From NCBI RefSeq assembly GCF_009914755.1, contig NC_060927.1: a stretch of 64,000 bases of DNA. One strand, given 5' to 3'. Below, one piece after another: positions 33,016 to 52,665 of this stretch (positions are counted from its first letter, which is position 1; each line of letters starts with the position of its first letter). The DNA comes from the human T2T-CHM13v2.0 reference genome, Homo sapiens. Under the pieces are notes generated by a model, which had not been told where the DNA came from, did no database searches, and saw only the letters and a list, made by a program, of their open reading frames with translations. The position numbers and the translations under genes were made by a program.

Positions 33016-34870
33016 GCTCTCCCTCCTCTCCCTCTCCCTCCTCTCCCTCTCCCTCTCCCTCTCCCTCTCCCCACGGTCTCCCTCTCCCTCTCTTTCCACG
33101 GTCTCCCCCTGATGCCGAGCCAAAGCTGGACTGTACTGCTGCCATCTCGGCTCACTGCAACCTCCCTGCCTGATTCTCCTGCCTCAGCCTGCCGAGTGCC
33201 TGCGATTGCAGGCGCGCGCCGCCACGCCTGACTGGTTTTCGTATTTTTTTGGTGGAGACGGGGTTTTGCTGTGTTGGCCGGGCTGGTCTCCAGCTCCTAA
33301 CCTCAAGTGATCCGCCAGCCTCGGCCTCCCAAGGTGCCGGGATGGCAGACGGAGTCGCGTTCACTCAGTGCTCAATGGTGCCCAGGCTGGAGTGCAGTGG
33401 CGTGATCTCGGCTCTCTACAACCTCCACTTCCCAGCTGCCTGCCTTGGCCCCGCAAAGTGCCGAGATTGCAGCCTCTGCCCGGCCGCCACCCCGTCTGGG
33501 AAGTGAGGAGCATCTCTGCCTGGCCGCCCATCGTCTGGGATGTGAGGAGCCCCTCTGCCTGGCGGCCCAGTCTGGAAAGTGAGGAGCGTCTCTGCCCGGC
33601 CGCCATCCCATCTAGGAAGTGAGGAGCGTCTCTGCCAGGCCGCCATCCCATCTAGGAAGTGAGGAGCGTCTCTGCCAGGCCGCCCATCGTCTGAGATGTG
33701 GGGAGCGCCTCTGCCCGGCCGCCCCGTCTGAGAAGTGAGGAGACCCTCTGCCTGGCAACCGCCCCGTCTGAGAAGTGAGGAGCCCCTCCGCCAGGCAGCC
33801 ACCCCCTCTGAGAAGTGAGGAGCGTCTCCGCCCGGCAGCCACCCCATCTGGGAGGGAGGTGGGGGTCAGCCCCCCGCCCGGCCAGCCGCCCCGTCCGGGA
33901 AGGATGTGGGGGGTCAGCCCCCCGCCCCGCCAGCCGCCCCATCCGGGAGGTGAGGGGCACCTCTGCCCGGCCGCCCCTACTGGGAAGAGAGGAGCCCCTC
34001 TGCCCGGCCAGCCGCCCCGTCCGGGAGGGAGGCGGGGAGGTCAGCCCCCCGCCCGGCCAGCCGCCCCGTCCGGGAGGTGAGGGGCGCCTCTGCCTGGCCG
34101 CCCCTACTGGGAAGTGAGGAGCCCCTCTGCCCGGCCAGCCACCCCATCCGGGAGGGAGGTGGGGGGGTCAGCCCCCCACCTGGCCAGCCGCCCCATCCAG
34201 GAGGGAGGCGGGGAGGTCAGCCCCCCACCCGGCCAGCTGCCGCGTCCAGGAGGTGAGGGGTGCCTCTGCCCGGCCGCCCCTACTGGGAAGTGAGGAGCCC
34301 CTCTGCCCGGCCACCACCCCGTCTGGGAGGTGTACTCAACAGCTCATTGAGAACGGGCCATGATGACAATGGCGGTTTTGTGGAATGGAAAGGGGGGAAA
34401 GGTGGGGAAAAGATTGAGAAATCGGATGGTTGCCATGTCTGAGTAGAAAGAGGTAGACATGAGAGACTTTTCATTTTGTTCTGTACTAAGAAAAATTCTT
34501 CTGCCTTGGGATCCTGTTGATCTGTGACCTTACCCCCAACCCTGTGCTCTCTGAAACATGTGCTGTGTCCACTCAGGGTTGAATGGATTAAGGGTGGTGC
34601 AAGATGTGCTTTGTTAAACAGATGCTTGAAGGCAGCATGCTCGTTAAGAGTCATCACCACTCCCTAATCTCAAGTACCCAGGGACACAAACACTGCGGAA
34701 GGCCGCAGGGTCCTCTGCCTAGGAAAACCAGAGACCTTTGTTCACTTATCTGCTGACCTTCCCTCCACTATTGTCCTGTGACCCTGCCAAACACCCCTCT
34801 GCGAGAAACACCCAAGAATGATCAATAAAAAAAAAAAAAAAAAAAGAAAAGAAAGTTGAAAAAAAAAAAA
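33016..34870 (+). mobile_element. Full-length SVA (SVA_D-like)
   Basis: (CCCTCT)n head, Alu-like domain, GC-rich VNTR, SINE-R, AATAAA at 34824, poly-A; 17-bp TSD AAAAACTTTGTTTTGTT at 32999-33015 and 34871-34887. Confidence 0.97.
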
Positions 34871-35089
34871 AAAAACTTTGTTTTGTTTAAACTGGTTTTG
34901 ACTAAAGAAAAAGAATTTTAAAAATGGTTTTGATGGTCTCCCAAATCATCTATGTCTCCTTTTCTTTCTTTTCTGGGCCAGCTATTGGGTTGCTTGATGG
35001 AGATCAAAAGATGAGTTTGAAAATGAGACACAGTTCATGGACAAAAAACCTCATTAGTATAAGTAGGTCATTTCTGTCCCTCCAAGTTA

Positions 35090-37380
35090 ATCCGTACAGT
35101 CAATACAATTTTAATTAAATCCCAACAAAGTTTTCATGGCATTTTCCAGGCTGATTCTAACATTTTTATGAAGGATGAGAGGGCTGAGAAAAGCCAAATT
35201 TTTCTAAATAAAGAACATGGATAGAGAGTTTGTCCTTCTGGATGAGACTTATTACAAAGCCATAGTAATTAAAACAATGAAGTTTAGTTCATGGACAAAA
35301 AAATAAATAGAACCAGACATGAATCGGTGAATATATGAAAATTTTATTCCATATGTTCATGTAAAATAATTCATAATGAAGGTTGCTTAACAGATCAGTG
35401 GGAAAATTATAGATAATTTAATTACTGATGCTGGCATTACTGACTCTAAAGATTTTTTAAATCATGAAATTGAATTCCTTTCTTGCTCCATACAAAGAAG
35501 TTAATTCCAAGAAAGTTAAAGACTTAAATATTAAATAAAAACTTTAAAATTTTATTTATTTATATTTTAGAGATAGGGTCTTGCTCTGTTGCCCAGGCTG
35601 GAGTACAGTGGTACAACTGTAGCTCACTACAGCCTCAAATCCTGGGCATGAGTGATCCTCCTGCCTCAGCTTCCTGACTAGCTGCAACTACAGGTACATG
35701 CCACCAGGTTTGGCTAAAACTTTAAAAGAAAACATGAAGGTAAGAAAATATTTTATAAACATGACTCAAAAGATATAAACAATACAGGAAAATATTTATA
35801 TATCTTGATGCAGTAACATGAAAAACTTCTGTTAATCAGAAAATAATCTTCAAGAAAGTGAAAGAGACAAGCCACGAATAGGGGGAAAGTTATTTGCACC
35901 ACATATCACTGGTAAAAACATTCAGGAGACATAAAGAATTAAAAACCAGTCATATAAAAATTAAATAAAAGTATCAAAAGATACATGATTGGTCATTAAT
36001 ATACAAAAAGATGGCTATTCTTTTTTTTTTTTTTTTTTTTTTTGAGACGGAGTCTCGCTGTCGCCCAGGCTGGAGTGCAGTGGCGCAATCTCGGCTCACT
36101 GCAGGCTCCGCCCCCTGGAGTTCACGCCATTCTCCTGCCTCAGCCTCCCGAGTAGCTGGGACTACAGGCGCCCGCCACCTCGCCCGGCTAATTTTTTGTA
36201 TTTTTAGTAGAGACGGGGAAAAGATGGCTATTCTTATAAGTAATTTAGGAAATTAAAACTAAAACCACAATAAGATACTATCTAAAAAATTTATAGTAAC
36301 ATCAAACTATTTAAAGAATCTACATTGAAAACTATAAAACACACTGATATTTTAAAAAAATCAAAGTAAATGAAAATATATCATGTTTATGGACAGAAAG
36401 TTTCAATATTACTAAGATATCAATTCTCTCCAAATTGATCTATAGATTCAATTTAATCCCTGTCCAAATCCCACCAGTCTTTTTTGGTAGGATTTCACAA
36501 GCTCATTCTAAAATTTATTTGGAAATGCAAAAGACCTAGAACAGCCAAAACAATTTTGAGAAAAAAAAGAATCAAGTTCGGAGACTTACGCTACAGAAAT
36601 CAAGAGTGCATGGTATTGGCAGAGAACAGCCACATAGATCAATAGATAAGAATAGAGAACTCAGAATTAGACCTACAAATTAGAACACTTATAACTCAAT
36701 AATGAAAAGACAAATAACCATATTTTTAAAAAGAGAAACATGAAGATATATGAATGTCCAATGAGTTAATAAAAATACGTTGAAAATCATGAATCATTAG
36801 GAAAATGTAAATTAAGATGATGAATACCCGTCCATAAGCACTAGAATGACTAAAATTAAAAAGTCTGACCATGCCAAGTATTGGTGAAAACGTGGAGCCA
36901 CTGGAACTCTCTTACTTTGTTGTTAGATATGTAAAATAGCCAACCACTATAGAAAAGCAGTTTGATAGTTCCTTATAAAGTTTTACATTTACCACCCAAA
37001 CTGGAGAAATGAAAACATCTGTCTGTTAAAAAGTTGTACATGAATATTCATAGTGGATTTATTCACCACTCGTAATGGCCTCTAAAAACAACCCAAAACT
37101 TCATCTACAGGCAAATAGTAAACAAATTGTTGTGTATTCACCCACTCAGCAATTAAAAAGACATTTCTGATATTTGAAATAGTATAGTATAATCAAAAAA
37201 ATGTTACATTGAGTGAAAGAAAGCTGAATTCAGAATTTTAAGTACTGTATGATTCCCTTTATATATACAGGTGTAGATTGTGCAGAATAAATGTATGATG
37301 ATAGAAATAAGATCAGTGGTTGTTACATAAGGTGGTGGTGGTGGTGGTGGTGAGGAGAAATTGGCTGTAAAAGAACATGA
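35090..37380 (+). mobile_element. Degenerate old L1 ORF2/3' remnants
   Basis: L1-like tracts such as TCTCCAAATTGATCTATAGATTCAAT and GACCTAGAACAGCCAAAACAATTTTG. Confidence 0.65.
36021..36218 (-). mobile_element. Young 5'-truncated AluY (AluYe-like)
   Basis: Pure T23 tail; 17-bp TSD AAAAGATGGCTATTCTT at 36006-36022 and 36219-36235; intact CpGs. Confidence 0.85.
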
Positions 37381-38599
<1,219 letters not shown>

Positions 38600-40882
38600 T
38601 AAAAATTTCAAAAAGACATAAAAATAGAACCATACAATTATTCTCTTTATATCCATTCTGCATTATCTAGATTTAACCATTATTAAAGCAAATATGGTGA
38701 AATTTTTACAATGTACAATTTTAACAATATACACATACCCTGGAGAAAACTATTAAATTTATAATTATATTTATTATAATTATTAAATTTATCAATATCT
38801 ATTACATTTTTATACCTGTATAAATTAACAATAATTCATTAATATTATCTTTTATCTGCCCAATGCTCAAACTTTCCCAGTCGCCAAATTTCTCTTCTAT
38901 CCCAATTAGGATTTAATCAAAAAGTGTGTTTTGTTTTGTCCTTTTAGTCTCATTTAATCTAACACAGTTACCTTCCTCCTTTATGATACTGATTTTCTAA
39001 AGTCATCACAGCGGATATGGAAAGTCCTGTATTCTGGCTTTGTCTGTTTCCTCATAGTAACAGTCACCTTGCTACTTGATCCCATTTACCTTCTTGTAAA
39101 GTGGAAGCTTCTCCTGGAGCTTGATTAATTTGGGTTATAATTTCTGACAAGAATTATTCTATAGGTAAATCCATGATAATTAATATTGCATTACATCAGG
39201 GGACCCATAATGCCAGATAGTCTTATTGTTAGTGATGTCAAATTTGGTCACTCAGCTAAGGTGGTGACAGACAGATCTCTCCATTGTAGTGGTCCATTTT
39301 TCTTTTTGCAATTTACAAGCAATAGTTTTTGCATCCACCAATGATCATTTGTTCCTTTTAAACCCACTAGATTGGCAAAAATTTTAAAAATCTGATAATA
39401 CCAAGGGTTAACATAAGTGTAAAGTCATTATTAATTGCTGGTAGGAGTGTAAGTTGATCAAATCACTTTGGAAATCCATTTCATATTATCTGCCAGAGCT
39501 GAAGAGGCTTATAGTTTACAATCCATTCTATCTTCCACCATTTTAAGAGAAACTCTCACGCAGGTGTACAAGAAGACACACACAATAATTTTTATAGCAG
39601 ATTGTTTTGTAAGAGCAAAACTTGGAAACAACCCAAATGTGCATCAAAAAAGGAATGAATAAAGTTTTATATAGTCAAACAATAGGATACTGTAAAATAG
39701 TAATATTGAATGGCCTAAAGCCACAAACATCAGTCTGATGAATCTCACAATCATTACACACACACACACACTCTCTCTCTCTAGGAGGAAACATGCAAGG
39801 CTTTTGATAAAGATGCTGAAATTAACACATGTATTTGCCTCTGCTGTTTCTCCAAACTCCACTAAAACAACAGCAAATTTTTTTAAAAAGCATAAATGTT
39901 TGCACAAAAGCAAATGAAGAAGAGGGTAGACAGGGGCAATAACAACTTGCAGGCATAACTAATGATAATGATTTAGCAGACTGAAAAAGTTACTCTTAAG
40001 CTGGCAGGGAAAATGCAAAGAAGTACTATATATGTTTCCCAAAACACACAAAAGTTTCAGGAATTGGCAGCACCAAGTATCTCTTGCAATAGGAGTAAAT
40101 ATGGGCTTAAAAAAGACAAGTTGGTTTCAATTCTACTCTAAACCTGCAGCATGATGACTGTCCCTCTCTAGTCTGGCAGAAGATTGAGAGGGTAAAACAA
40201 AGGGCTCGGGTGTAGGACTGGAAAAGTGGTGGTTATAGCACTAATTTAGCATTGGACAGGTAGGGTGCTGGATCCTAGGAGGCCTGTGAAAATAGCTTAG
40301 GTATTCAACAATGGGTACAGCCACGGAGGCCTACACAGATTCAACAGATTGGTAGAAAGGAGGAAACAAACATAACAGAAATGCAAAGAGAAAAAGAAGG
40401 TACAGTGAGAGTGAGTGAGAGAGAGAATGATTTGCAGATGTGAGGTAAGATTTCAGAGGTGAAGTTCTAGTGATGACCAAGCCCTTGGTTTCTCTTCGAG
40501 GAAATCTTGCTGAGAAACATGCCCCTAAAAACAGCTTTGATGCCTTGTGATTAGGGGCGATGGCTTTCATTATTTTCCTCCACTCTCAATAAGCGCCAAC
40601 AGAAAAAAGCTACTCCAGAATCTTCTTTGTTGCAATATGAGGCAGAATGAACAAAATTGCAACAGCTACTGTTATAATAGGAAGCAACATGGTGTAAGAT
40701 GTAGTTTTAACAAGTAGAAGAGGCCCTGGTGCATCTGATTTGCCCTCTCTGAGTGCCAGAGCGTTAGCTACCATTGTCAGGAAGCCTGTCTCGTGCGTCT
40801 TGACTTTCCCAACATCTAGAGGACTTCTTTAACCTAATGAGATGAAGATGAGCTGAGAATGACATCTTGAAAAGATCTGAGC

Positions 40883-41058
40883 CAGTAGTTTTCCAAGCGG
40901 TTCTCAGACCAGCAGCATCAGCGTGGGAACTTTGTAGAAATGCAAATAATTTGGGATCTATCCCAAACCTATCGAATCAGAAGTTTTTGGGGTGGAGCCC
41001 AGCAATATGTGTTTTTAAAAGCTCTTCAGGTAAGCACACCAAGGTTTGAGAATCACTG
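40883..41058. mobile_element. MER5A-like hAT MITE
   Basis: CAGTAGTTTTCCAA...GAAATGCAAAT...GAATCAGAA...GGGGTGGAGCCCAGCAAT...TTTGAGAATCACTG. Confidence 0.75.
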
Positions 41059-41082
41059 ACCTGGATGTAATTTTTTATAATT

Positions 41083-41684
<602 letters not shown>

Positions 41685-42373
41685 TAGTCAACTTAAGCAT
41701 GTGTAACCATATGCAATTATGCGCAAACAGTATAAATAGAGCTGATGTTAATCTCTAGCCCCGTTGCCTGGAGTGTTGGTGAAACTCTTTTATTTTGTAA
41801 TCCTTTTTATATTTTAGCGGATGTTTCTATTGATTCTCTTCTGTACCCGCTGTTTCCTCTTTTATTGGAAGACACTAAAACAATTCAGAAATTTTTATAG
41901 GAATGCAGAGGATTCAAAATGTCTGAGTCGTGCTCTTCCAAAGCAAGAATCATGTCATAGCCATCTTTTTTTTTTCTTGTAAGAGCTTTATTGAAATATA
42001 GTTTACATACCACACAATTCACCCGTTTAAAGGAATCCCCTCTCCTGCCAGTCAATGCTTTTTGGGTTTCACAGAATTGTGAAACCATCAGTACAACCAA
42101 TTTTAGACGAATTTTATCATCCCCAAAGGAAACCTCATACCTATCAGCAGCTACTCCTCATTTCCTCTGAAATCGTCCAGTCTTAGCTTTTACTAATCTA
42201 GTTTCTGTTCCTATAGATTGCCTAGCCTGGACATTTCATGTAATGCATTACACTATGATGTTTCACGACTGGCTTCTTTCACTTAGTATAATGTTTTGAA
42301 GGTTCATCCATGTTATAGCATTTACCAGTACTTTATTTCTTTCAATTGCTTAATACTCCCTTATGTGGATACA

Positions 42374-43254
<881 letters not shown>

Positions 43255-43775
43255 TACTACATTACATTTGTCCATTCATTAGTTGATGGACATTTGGGTT
43301 GTTTTCACTTTGGGACTATTATGAATAATGCTGCTAAGAGCATTTGTGTACAAGTTTTTGTGTATGCATATATTTTCATTTCTCTGGGTATACATACACC
43401 TAGGAATGGTAACTATGTTTAACATTTCGAAGAACTACCAGGCTGTTTTCCAAAGTCACAAGACACGATTTCAAGATTTTTCTTTTTCTTTGAGACAGAT
43501 TCTCCACTCTGTCACCCAGGCATTGTACCATTTTACCTTCCTGGCATCAGTGCATGAGAGTTTCAGTTTCTCTACATTCTCATCAACATTTGCTCTTATC
43601 TGTCTTTTAAATTATAACCATCCTAGTGGGTGTGAAGTGATATCTGATTGTGGTTTTGATTTGCAGTTCCTTGAGAACTAATGATGTTGAGCATTATTTT
43701 TGTGGTTACTGACCATTTGTGTATCTTCTTTGCAGAAGTGCCAATTTAGATTCTTGCTTTTATTTGTTTATTTAG

Positions 43776-45394
<1,619 letters not shown>

Positions 45395-46634
45395 TGTTTA
45401 GGTCTTTAATGGGAGAGGGAGACTGTTTAGGTCTTTAATCCATTTTGAGTTAACTTTTGTGTGTGGTATAAGGTAAGAGTCCAACTTCATTCTTTTGGAT
45501 GTACATATCCAATTGTTTCAGCACCATTTATTGAATTGTCTTAGCACTTCTGCTAAAAATCAATTGACTCTAAATGTGAGATCTATTTCTAGACTCTCAG
45601 TTCTATTCCATTGATCTATATGTCTATCCTTTTGTCAGTGATACTCTGTCTTGATACTGAAACTTGGTAGTAAGTTGTGAAATTAGAAAATGAGTCCTTC
45701 AACTTTGTTCTTCTTTAAAATTGTTTTGACTCTTTGGGGTCCCTTGCAATTCCATATGAATTCCTGTTCCCCCACCCTGAGAAACACATAGTTTCTCAGA
45801 CCACAGCCATTCCTTATTGACCCACTAGCATAGAATAAATTAGTAACTTCCAGTTGCAATCATTATGGACGATTATTGACCCAGTCCTCAAATCAGAAAG
45901 GTCCGGGTGGGTAAGGGGCTCCTATTACTGATGAGGAGTGGACATAGACTGGGTCCCAGGGTCACTGTCCTGAGCATGGTAAGAATGAACTTGAGCACGA
46001 CTCATGGGGCTGTCTGTGGAGCAGATTCCCTCCCCATAAGACAGAGGCCAGATACAGAGCAACCAACCCAGCACAGAAACCCCTCAGTGTGGGGATGCAG
46101 AACAAACCTCCAGGAATTCCTGCATTCTGGGGAATATGTGCCCTGGCAGCTTTGAAACAAGGGAATGACATCATACTAGACAACCTAAAGTAGTTCCCTC
46201 TTCAAAACCTCTGAAAGAGTTGAATAAAATATCGTCCACATTCTTTTAAATGCACACCTGAACTAACAGAAAAGTGAAGAAAATCACCAGGGGCCAAAAA
46301 TAGAGAGAGAGGTAACTGGAGCAATCATTATGGGCTCGGGCTAAGGCTGTCTTGGGGCCTTGGTCTCAGCAACCCAGGGGCATGGCTTTTAACACATTAC
46401 AATGCAAGGAGTAAGGAACTTGTGCCCTGATGAAGTGAGAATTCAGAACATAATAAGAGTGGACTAGAAAGCAATGCTCTTCCCACCCTCATCCTAGAAA
46501 AAAAACAAAGCAACTCATTTGTTTCAGCCTGTGTCTGGGTAAAGGAAAAAAAAGAGTCTCCTGAGCATTTGCAACACAAGCCCAGTACTCCTGGGGATCA
46601 AGGGTGTGGGTTCCCGCTTCCCAGGGTGGGTAGT

Positions 46635-47595
46635 TGAAGGGGTGGGTTGCCCCTCCACACCTGTGGGTGTTTCTCTTAAGGTGGAACGAGAGACTTGGAA
46701 AAGAAAAAGACACAGAGACAAAGTATAGAGAAAGAAATAAGGGGACCCGGGGAACCAGCGTTCAGCATATGGAGGATCCTGCCAGCCTCTGAGTTCCCTT
46801 AGTATTTATTCATCATTCGTGGGTGTTTCTCTGAGAGGGGGATGTGTCAGGGTCACAAGACAATAGTGGGGAGGGGGTCAGCAGACAAACACGTGAACAA
46901 AGGTCTTTGCATCATAGACAAGGTAAAGGATTAAGTGCTGTGCTTTTAGATATGCATACACATAAACATCTCAATGCTTTACAAAGCAGTATTGCTGCCC
47001 GCATGTCCCACCTCCAGCCCTAAGGCGGTTTTTCCCTATCTCAGTAGATGGAACATACAATCAGGTTTTATACCGAGACATTCCATTGCCCAGGGACGGG
47101 CAGGAGACAGATGCCTTCCTCTTGTCTCAACTGCAAGAGGCATGCCTTCCTCTTATACTAATCCTCCTCAGCACAGACCCTTTACGGGTGTCGGGCTGGG
47201 GGAGGGTCAGGTCTTTCCCTTCCCACGAGGCCATATTTCAGACTATCACACGGGGAGAAACCTTGGACAATACCTGGCTTTCTTAGGCAGAGGTCCCTGC
47301 GGCCTTCCGCAGTTTTTGTGTCCCTGGGTACTTGAGATTAGGGAGTGGTGATGACTCTTAACGAGCATGCTGCCTTCAAGCATCTGTTTAACAAAGCACA
47401 TCTTGCACCGCCCTTAATCCATTTAACCCTGAGTTTGACACAGCACATGTTTCAGAGAGCACGGGGTTGGGGGTAAGGTCACAGAATCTCAAGGCAGAAG
47501 AATTTTTCTTAGTACATAACAAAATGGAGTCTCCCATGTCTACTTCTTTCTACACAGACACAGTGACAATCTGATCTCTCTTGCTTTTCCCCACA
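46635..47595 (-). mobile_element. HERV-K(HML-2) solo LTR (LTR5_Hs-like), 961 bp
   Basis: Reverse of TGTGGGGAAAAGCAAGAGAG...CCACCCCTTCA; 6-bp TSD GGTAGT at 46629-46634 and 47596-47601. Confidence 0.97.
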
Positions 47596-49514
47596 GGTAG
47601 TCCTTGAACCAATAACTTGAAAGTAAAAATTAGTCCCTGATCATTTGCTTGGCAACAATGTTAAAGTGTAATAATGAACATGGGAGAAGAGGTGTAGAGC
47701 CTCAGGATCTTTCACACACTGCTAGTGAAAATATAAATTTGTGCAGTCACTTTGGAAAACGGTTTGTCATGACCATTACCTCCTAAAGTTGAACATTTAC
47801 ACACTCTATATGACACAGAAGCTCCTTTTGAAGGTGAATGCCCAAGATAGTTGCCCATGAACAACAGGAGATATAAGATGTATATGAATGTTCATAGCAG
47901 CATTCCTCACAATAGCAGACATCTGAAGAATCAAAATATCCCTCAGTGGGATAAGGAACAACATAAACTTAGTGAAATTCATGCAATTAAATATTATACA
48001 GGAGTCAAAATGAATGAACTGTAGTGACATGCAGTAACATAAATGAATCTTAGCAATATAATATTAAATGAAAAGAGCAAATCCTGAAAGATTATAGATC
48101 ATACATAGCATAATACCCTGTGAGTTATTTAGGAATATATATACATATATATTTCTTTGCACATATATATATTTCTTTGCATATATACATATTTATGTAT
48201 ATATACATATATAGAAGAATTCATGAGAATCAGAATTCCATCCCCTTTGGTAATTTGTTGTTTTGTCCTAAATGCTCCTTCTTGAGGGCTTTGTTTCTAA
48301 GAGTACTCTTTGTTTTTAATATGAAGTATGGTGCCATCAACGTGAATATGCACCACCATGCTCTCTCCCCCACAGGACTGCGCCAGTGCCTACAAGCTCC
48401 CCATTAGACCCTTATCTCTTCCAGTCAGATGTTGACATTGCCAGTTCCTCCTTGGAACCTTTATTACTTCTATTTATATCATTGCGGCTGTGTATGAACG
48501 TGAATTCTAACCCAGTTATGGGCAGAGGGGAGGGGTTGGAATGAAGAGTCTTCGAGCAGGGGGAAGGGTGAAAAGAGACTGACAATTCAAACATGTACAG
48601 GGTGATTTAGGGACAGGGTACTAAAGAATAGAGTACAGGAAACCTGACACCTTGCAGATGTAACGAGAGACAGGATTCAGGGTAAGATTTCTTTTTTGTA
48701 AATTCAATGAGGCCTCCCTTCCCTGGCCACCTCTGCCTGCTTCAATATCTACCTCCTTAAAGTCGCCTCTTACTGTGCTTATTGTTATATTTACTCATAA
48801 TATCCTTGGGACACTTTTTTCACTGTGGTCCTGAGCTGTTATTGAGGTGATAAATTGCTGAACTTTTCGCCAATTTATATCTCTGATTTCCAGTTAAATC
48901 ATAAGAAAAGTGTCCTTAAGTAATATGCTCATTCATCCATTCAGCTTAGTCCATTCATTATTACAGCCTCAAGTGCTGTAGGGACTTCAGAAATTTTCTT
49001 GTCCAACCATCTCATTTTATAAATGAAAAGGTGAGGCTTAAATTGGAGGACTGACTTATAGTAGGATCTACAGGGGTAGTTCTTGGCACGCACAAAATGT
49101 CAGCTACTGGTGACACTGAATAGATCTGACATCCTCAGTGACCAGATGAAACATTCAATGTTATCTTCTCCAATGACAAGAATCTACAGTACAGCAAAGT
49201 AACCTGAATGGACATACTATAGTCACTTTTGTGGAGTAGCAGATAAAAGGGGCTATTTCCTAACATACGCCAAACCTAGAGGGCAGCCCAAGTCCTTGGG
49301 GGGTCACAATAATAAGTCCATGTTTCTAAGAGCCCAGGGAGAATCCTTCAGATCCTGACTTCATCACAAAAACATCACAAAACAAGAGGGAAGGAAAACA
49401 TACCAATGATCATCTCATTCACATCTCCATTGTCACTCACCAAGAGGGAGATGCTGCCCACTCTGCATAGGACAAATCTGGGAGGCTTGAGGTTGAGGAA
49501 GATGTGAGGAATAA

Positions 49515-49529
49515 TCTTCTTCTTCTTCT

Positions 49530-49564
<35 letters not shown>

Positions 49565-49785
49565 TTCTTCCTCTTCTTCTTCTTCTTCCTCTTCTTCCTC
49601 TTCCTCTTCCTCTCCCTCTCCCTCTCCTTCTTCTTCCTCTTCTCCTTCTCCTTTTCCTTCTCCTCCTTCTTCTTCTTCTTCCTCCTCTTCCTCTTCCTCT
49701 CCTTCTCCTTCTCTTCCTTCTTCTTCTTGTTCCTCCTCTTCCTCTTCCTCTTCTCCTTCTCCCTCTCCTTCTTTTTTTTTTTTTG
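49515..49785. repeat. ~270 bp polypyrimidine (CTT/CCT)n tract at an Alu tail
   Basis: (CTT)12 at 49516-49551, then mixed CTT/CCT/CTCCCT units. Confidence 0.95.
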
Positions 49786-50070
49786 AGACACAGTCTCGCT
49801 CTGTCGCCCAGGCTGGAGTGCAATGGCACAATCTCAGCTCACTGCAACCTCCACCTCCCGGGTTCAGGCGATTGATTCTCCTACGTCAGCCTCCCAAGTA
49901 GCTGGGACTACAGGCATGTGCCACCACACCCGGCTAATTTTTGTATTTTTAGTAGAGATGGGGTTTCACCACGTTGGTCAGGCTGGTCTTGAACTCCTGA
50001 CCTCAAGTGACCCACCTGCCTCGGCTTCCCAAAGTGCTGGGATTACAGGTGTGAGCCACAGCACCCAATC
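49772..50070 (-). mobile_element. Alu
   Basis: Poly-T plus Alu dimer. Confidence 0.9.
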
Positions 50071-51216
50071 TGGAATAAAACTTCTTAAATTGAAACTTGT
50101 ACCAAGATGGCGAGAGGAATGGAGTCTAAGAGGCAATGAATAGAAGTTGTTCTTTCTCAGGAAGACCTGGCCAGCTTGGGGTCAGTTCAACAGTCACCTG
50201 ATCAATTAAAACATGTCATAACACCAAAAATATAATAACCTTGATGTTATACATAAATATACAAGGTTGTCCATTGTAGCAATGTTTGTATAACAGCTTA
50301 AATGTCCATAATAGAGAATTAGCCAATGAATTCTAGTACCTTTAGAATGAAATGCTATGTAGGCAGTAGTCAGGAGGCAGTAGACAATAATGCAGTTCTA
50401 TATTCATAGGCTTGAAAAATTTCTATGAAGTATTTTTTAGTGAAAAATATTATCATTTACATAAAACCTTTAGATACTATGTAATTTATATATAGTATAT
50501 GAATACATATAATTAACATTTTATGTGTGTGTGTAATGTTTAGGGTGTATGTTTAGGGAGAACTCTGCAAAGACTACTAACAAAATATTTGCAGTGGTTA
50601 CTTCTGGGGGTTAGTATTTTGTTCTTTTAAATTTTTTCATAGTGTTCTGTATTGCTTGACTTTTCTATACAATGTTTTCTGTTATAATCAGAAAAATCAA
50701 TAAAGGTATTTTAAAGTCATTTTGCTTTGTCTTATCTCTCTTTGTGAGAGCATATTGCTTGAAGAGAGGGAAGTCCAGAGAGGAGTAAGGGTGGGTCATA
50801 CCTGTGGGTGCTGGAGCAAAGCCTGGGCTTATATGCCAGAAGTAGGTGTGATCACTGCCATTTACAGACCTTTATAAGGAGGCTGGGGCTGTCCAACCAC
50901 ATTCTTTCCCACTTTCCATTCAATGTCCTACCAGACTACTTCATATCCCCAGTATGAATGTTGTGAATTTTATGCCTTTTTACCTGCCTAGAGTGGCTTC
51001 TTATCTGGCTCACTTTCATCCATACTTCAAGTATCACCTCCACTTTAAAACCTTCCTGGGCTCCACCAGGTAGATACAAAATTGCAAATTTTATGTATAC
51101 ATCTGCTAAATGTGCTAGACTGTGACTTTCTCAATGACAACCATGGTGATTATGATTTTAACTGTGGAGAAGCCAGAAGAAGCACACTGTAGTATTAAAG
51201 AATAGTCAATACTGAG

Positions 51217-52665
<1,449 letters not shown>

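Noticed and set aside
33249-33300. Gene conversion between the two SVAs (shared TTTTGCTG)
   Set aside because: Explained by recurrent CpG decay; the copies differ at many other sites
33480-34330. CRISPR-like repeat-spacer pattern or CpG island
   Set aside because: SVA VNTR units in human DNA; no unique spacers or cas genes
33152-34660. Many overlapping Pro/Arg/Gly-rich ORFs (also 44249-45438)
   Set aside because: GC-rich SVA sequence is poor in stop codons; SVA is non-coding
49375-49875. Poly-E, poly-K/R and poly-L ORFs
   Set aside because: Translations of the CTT/CCT repeat
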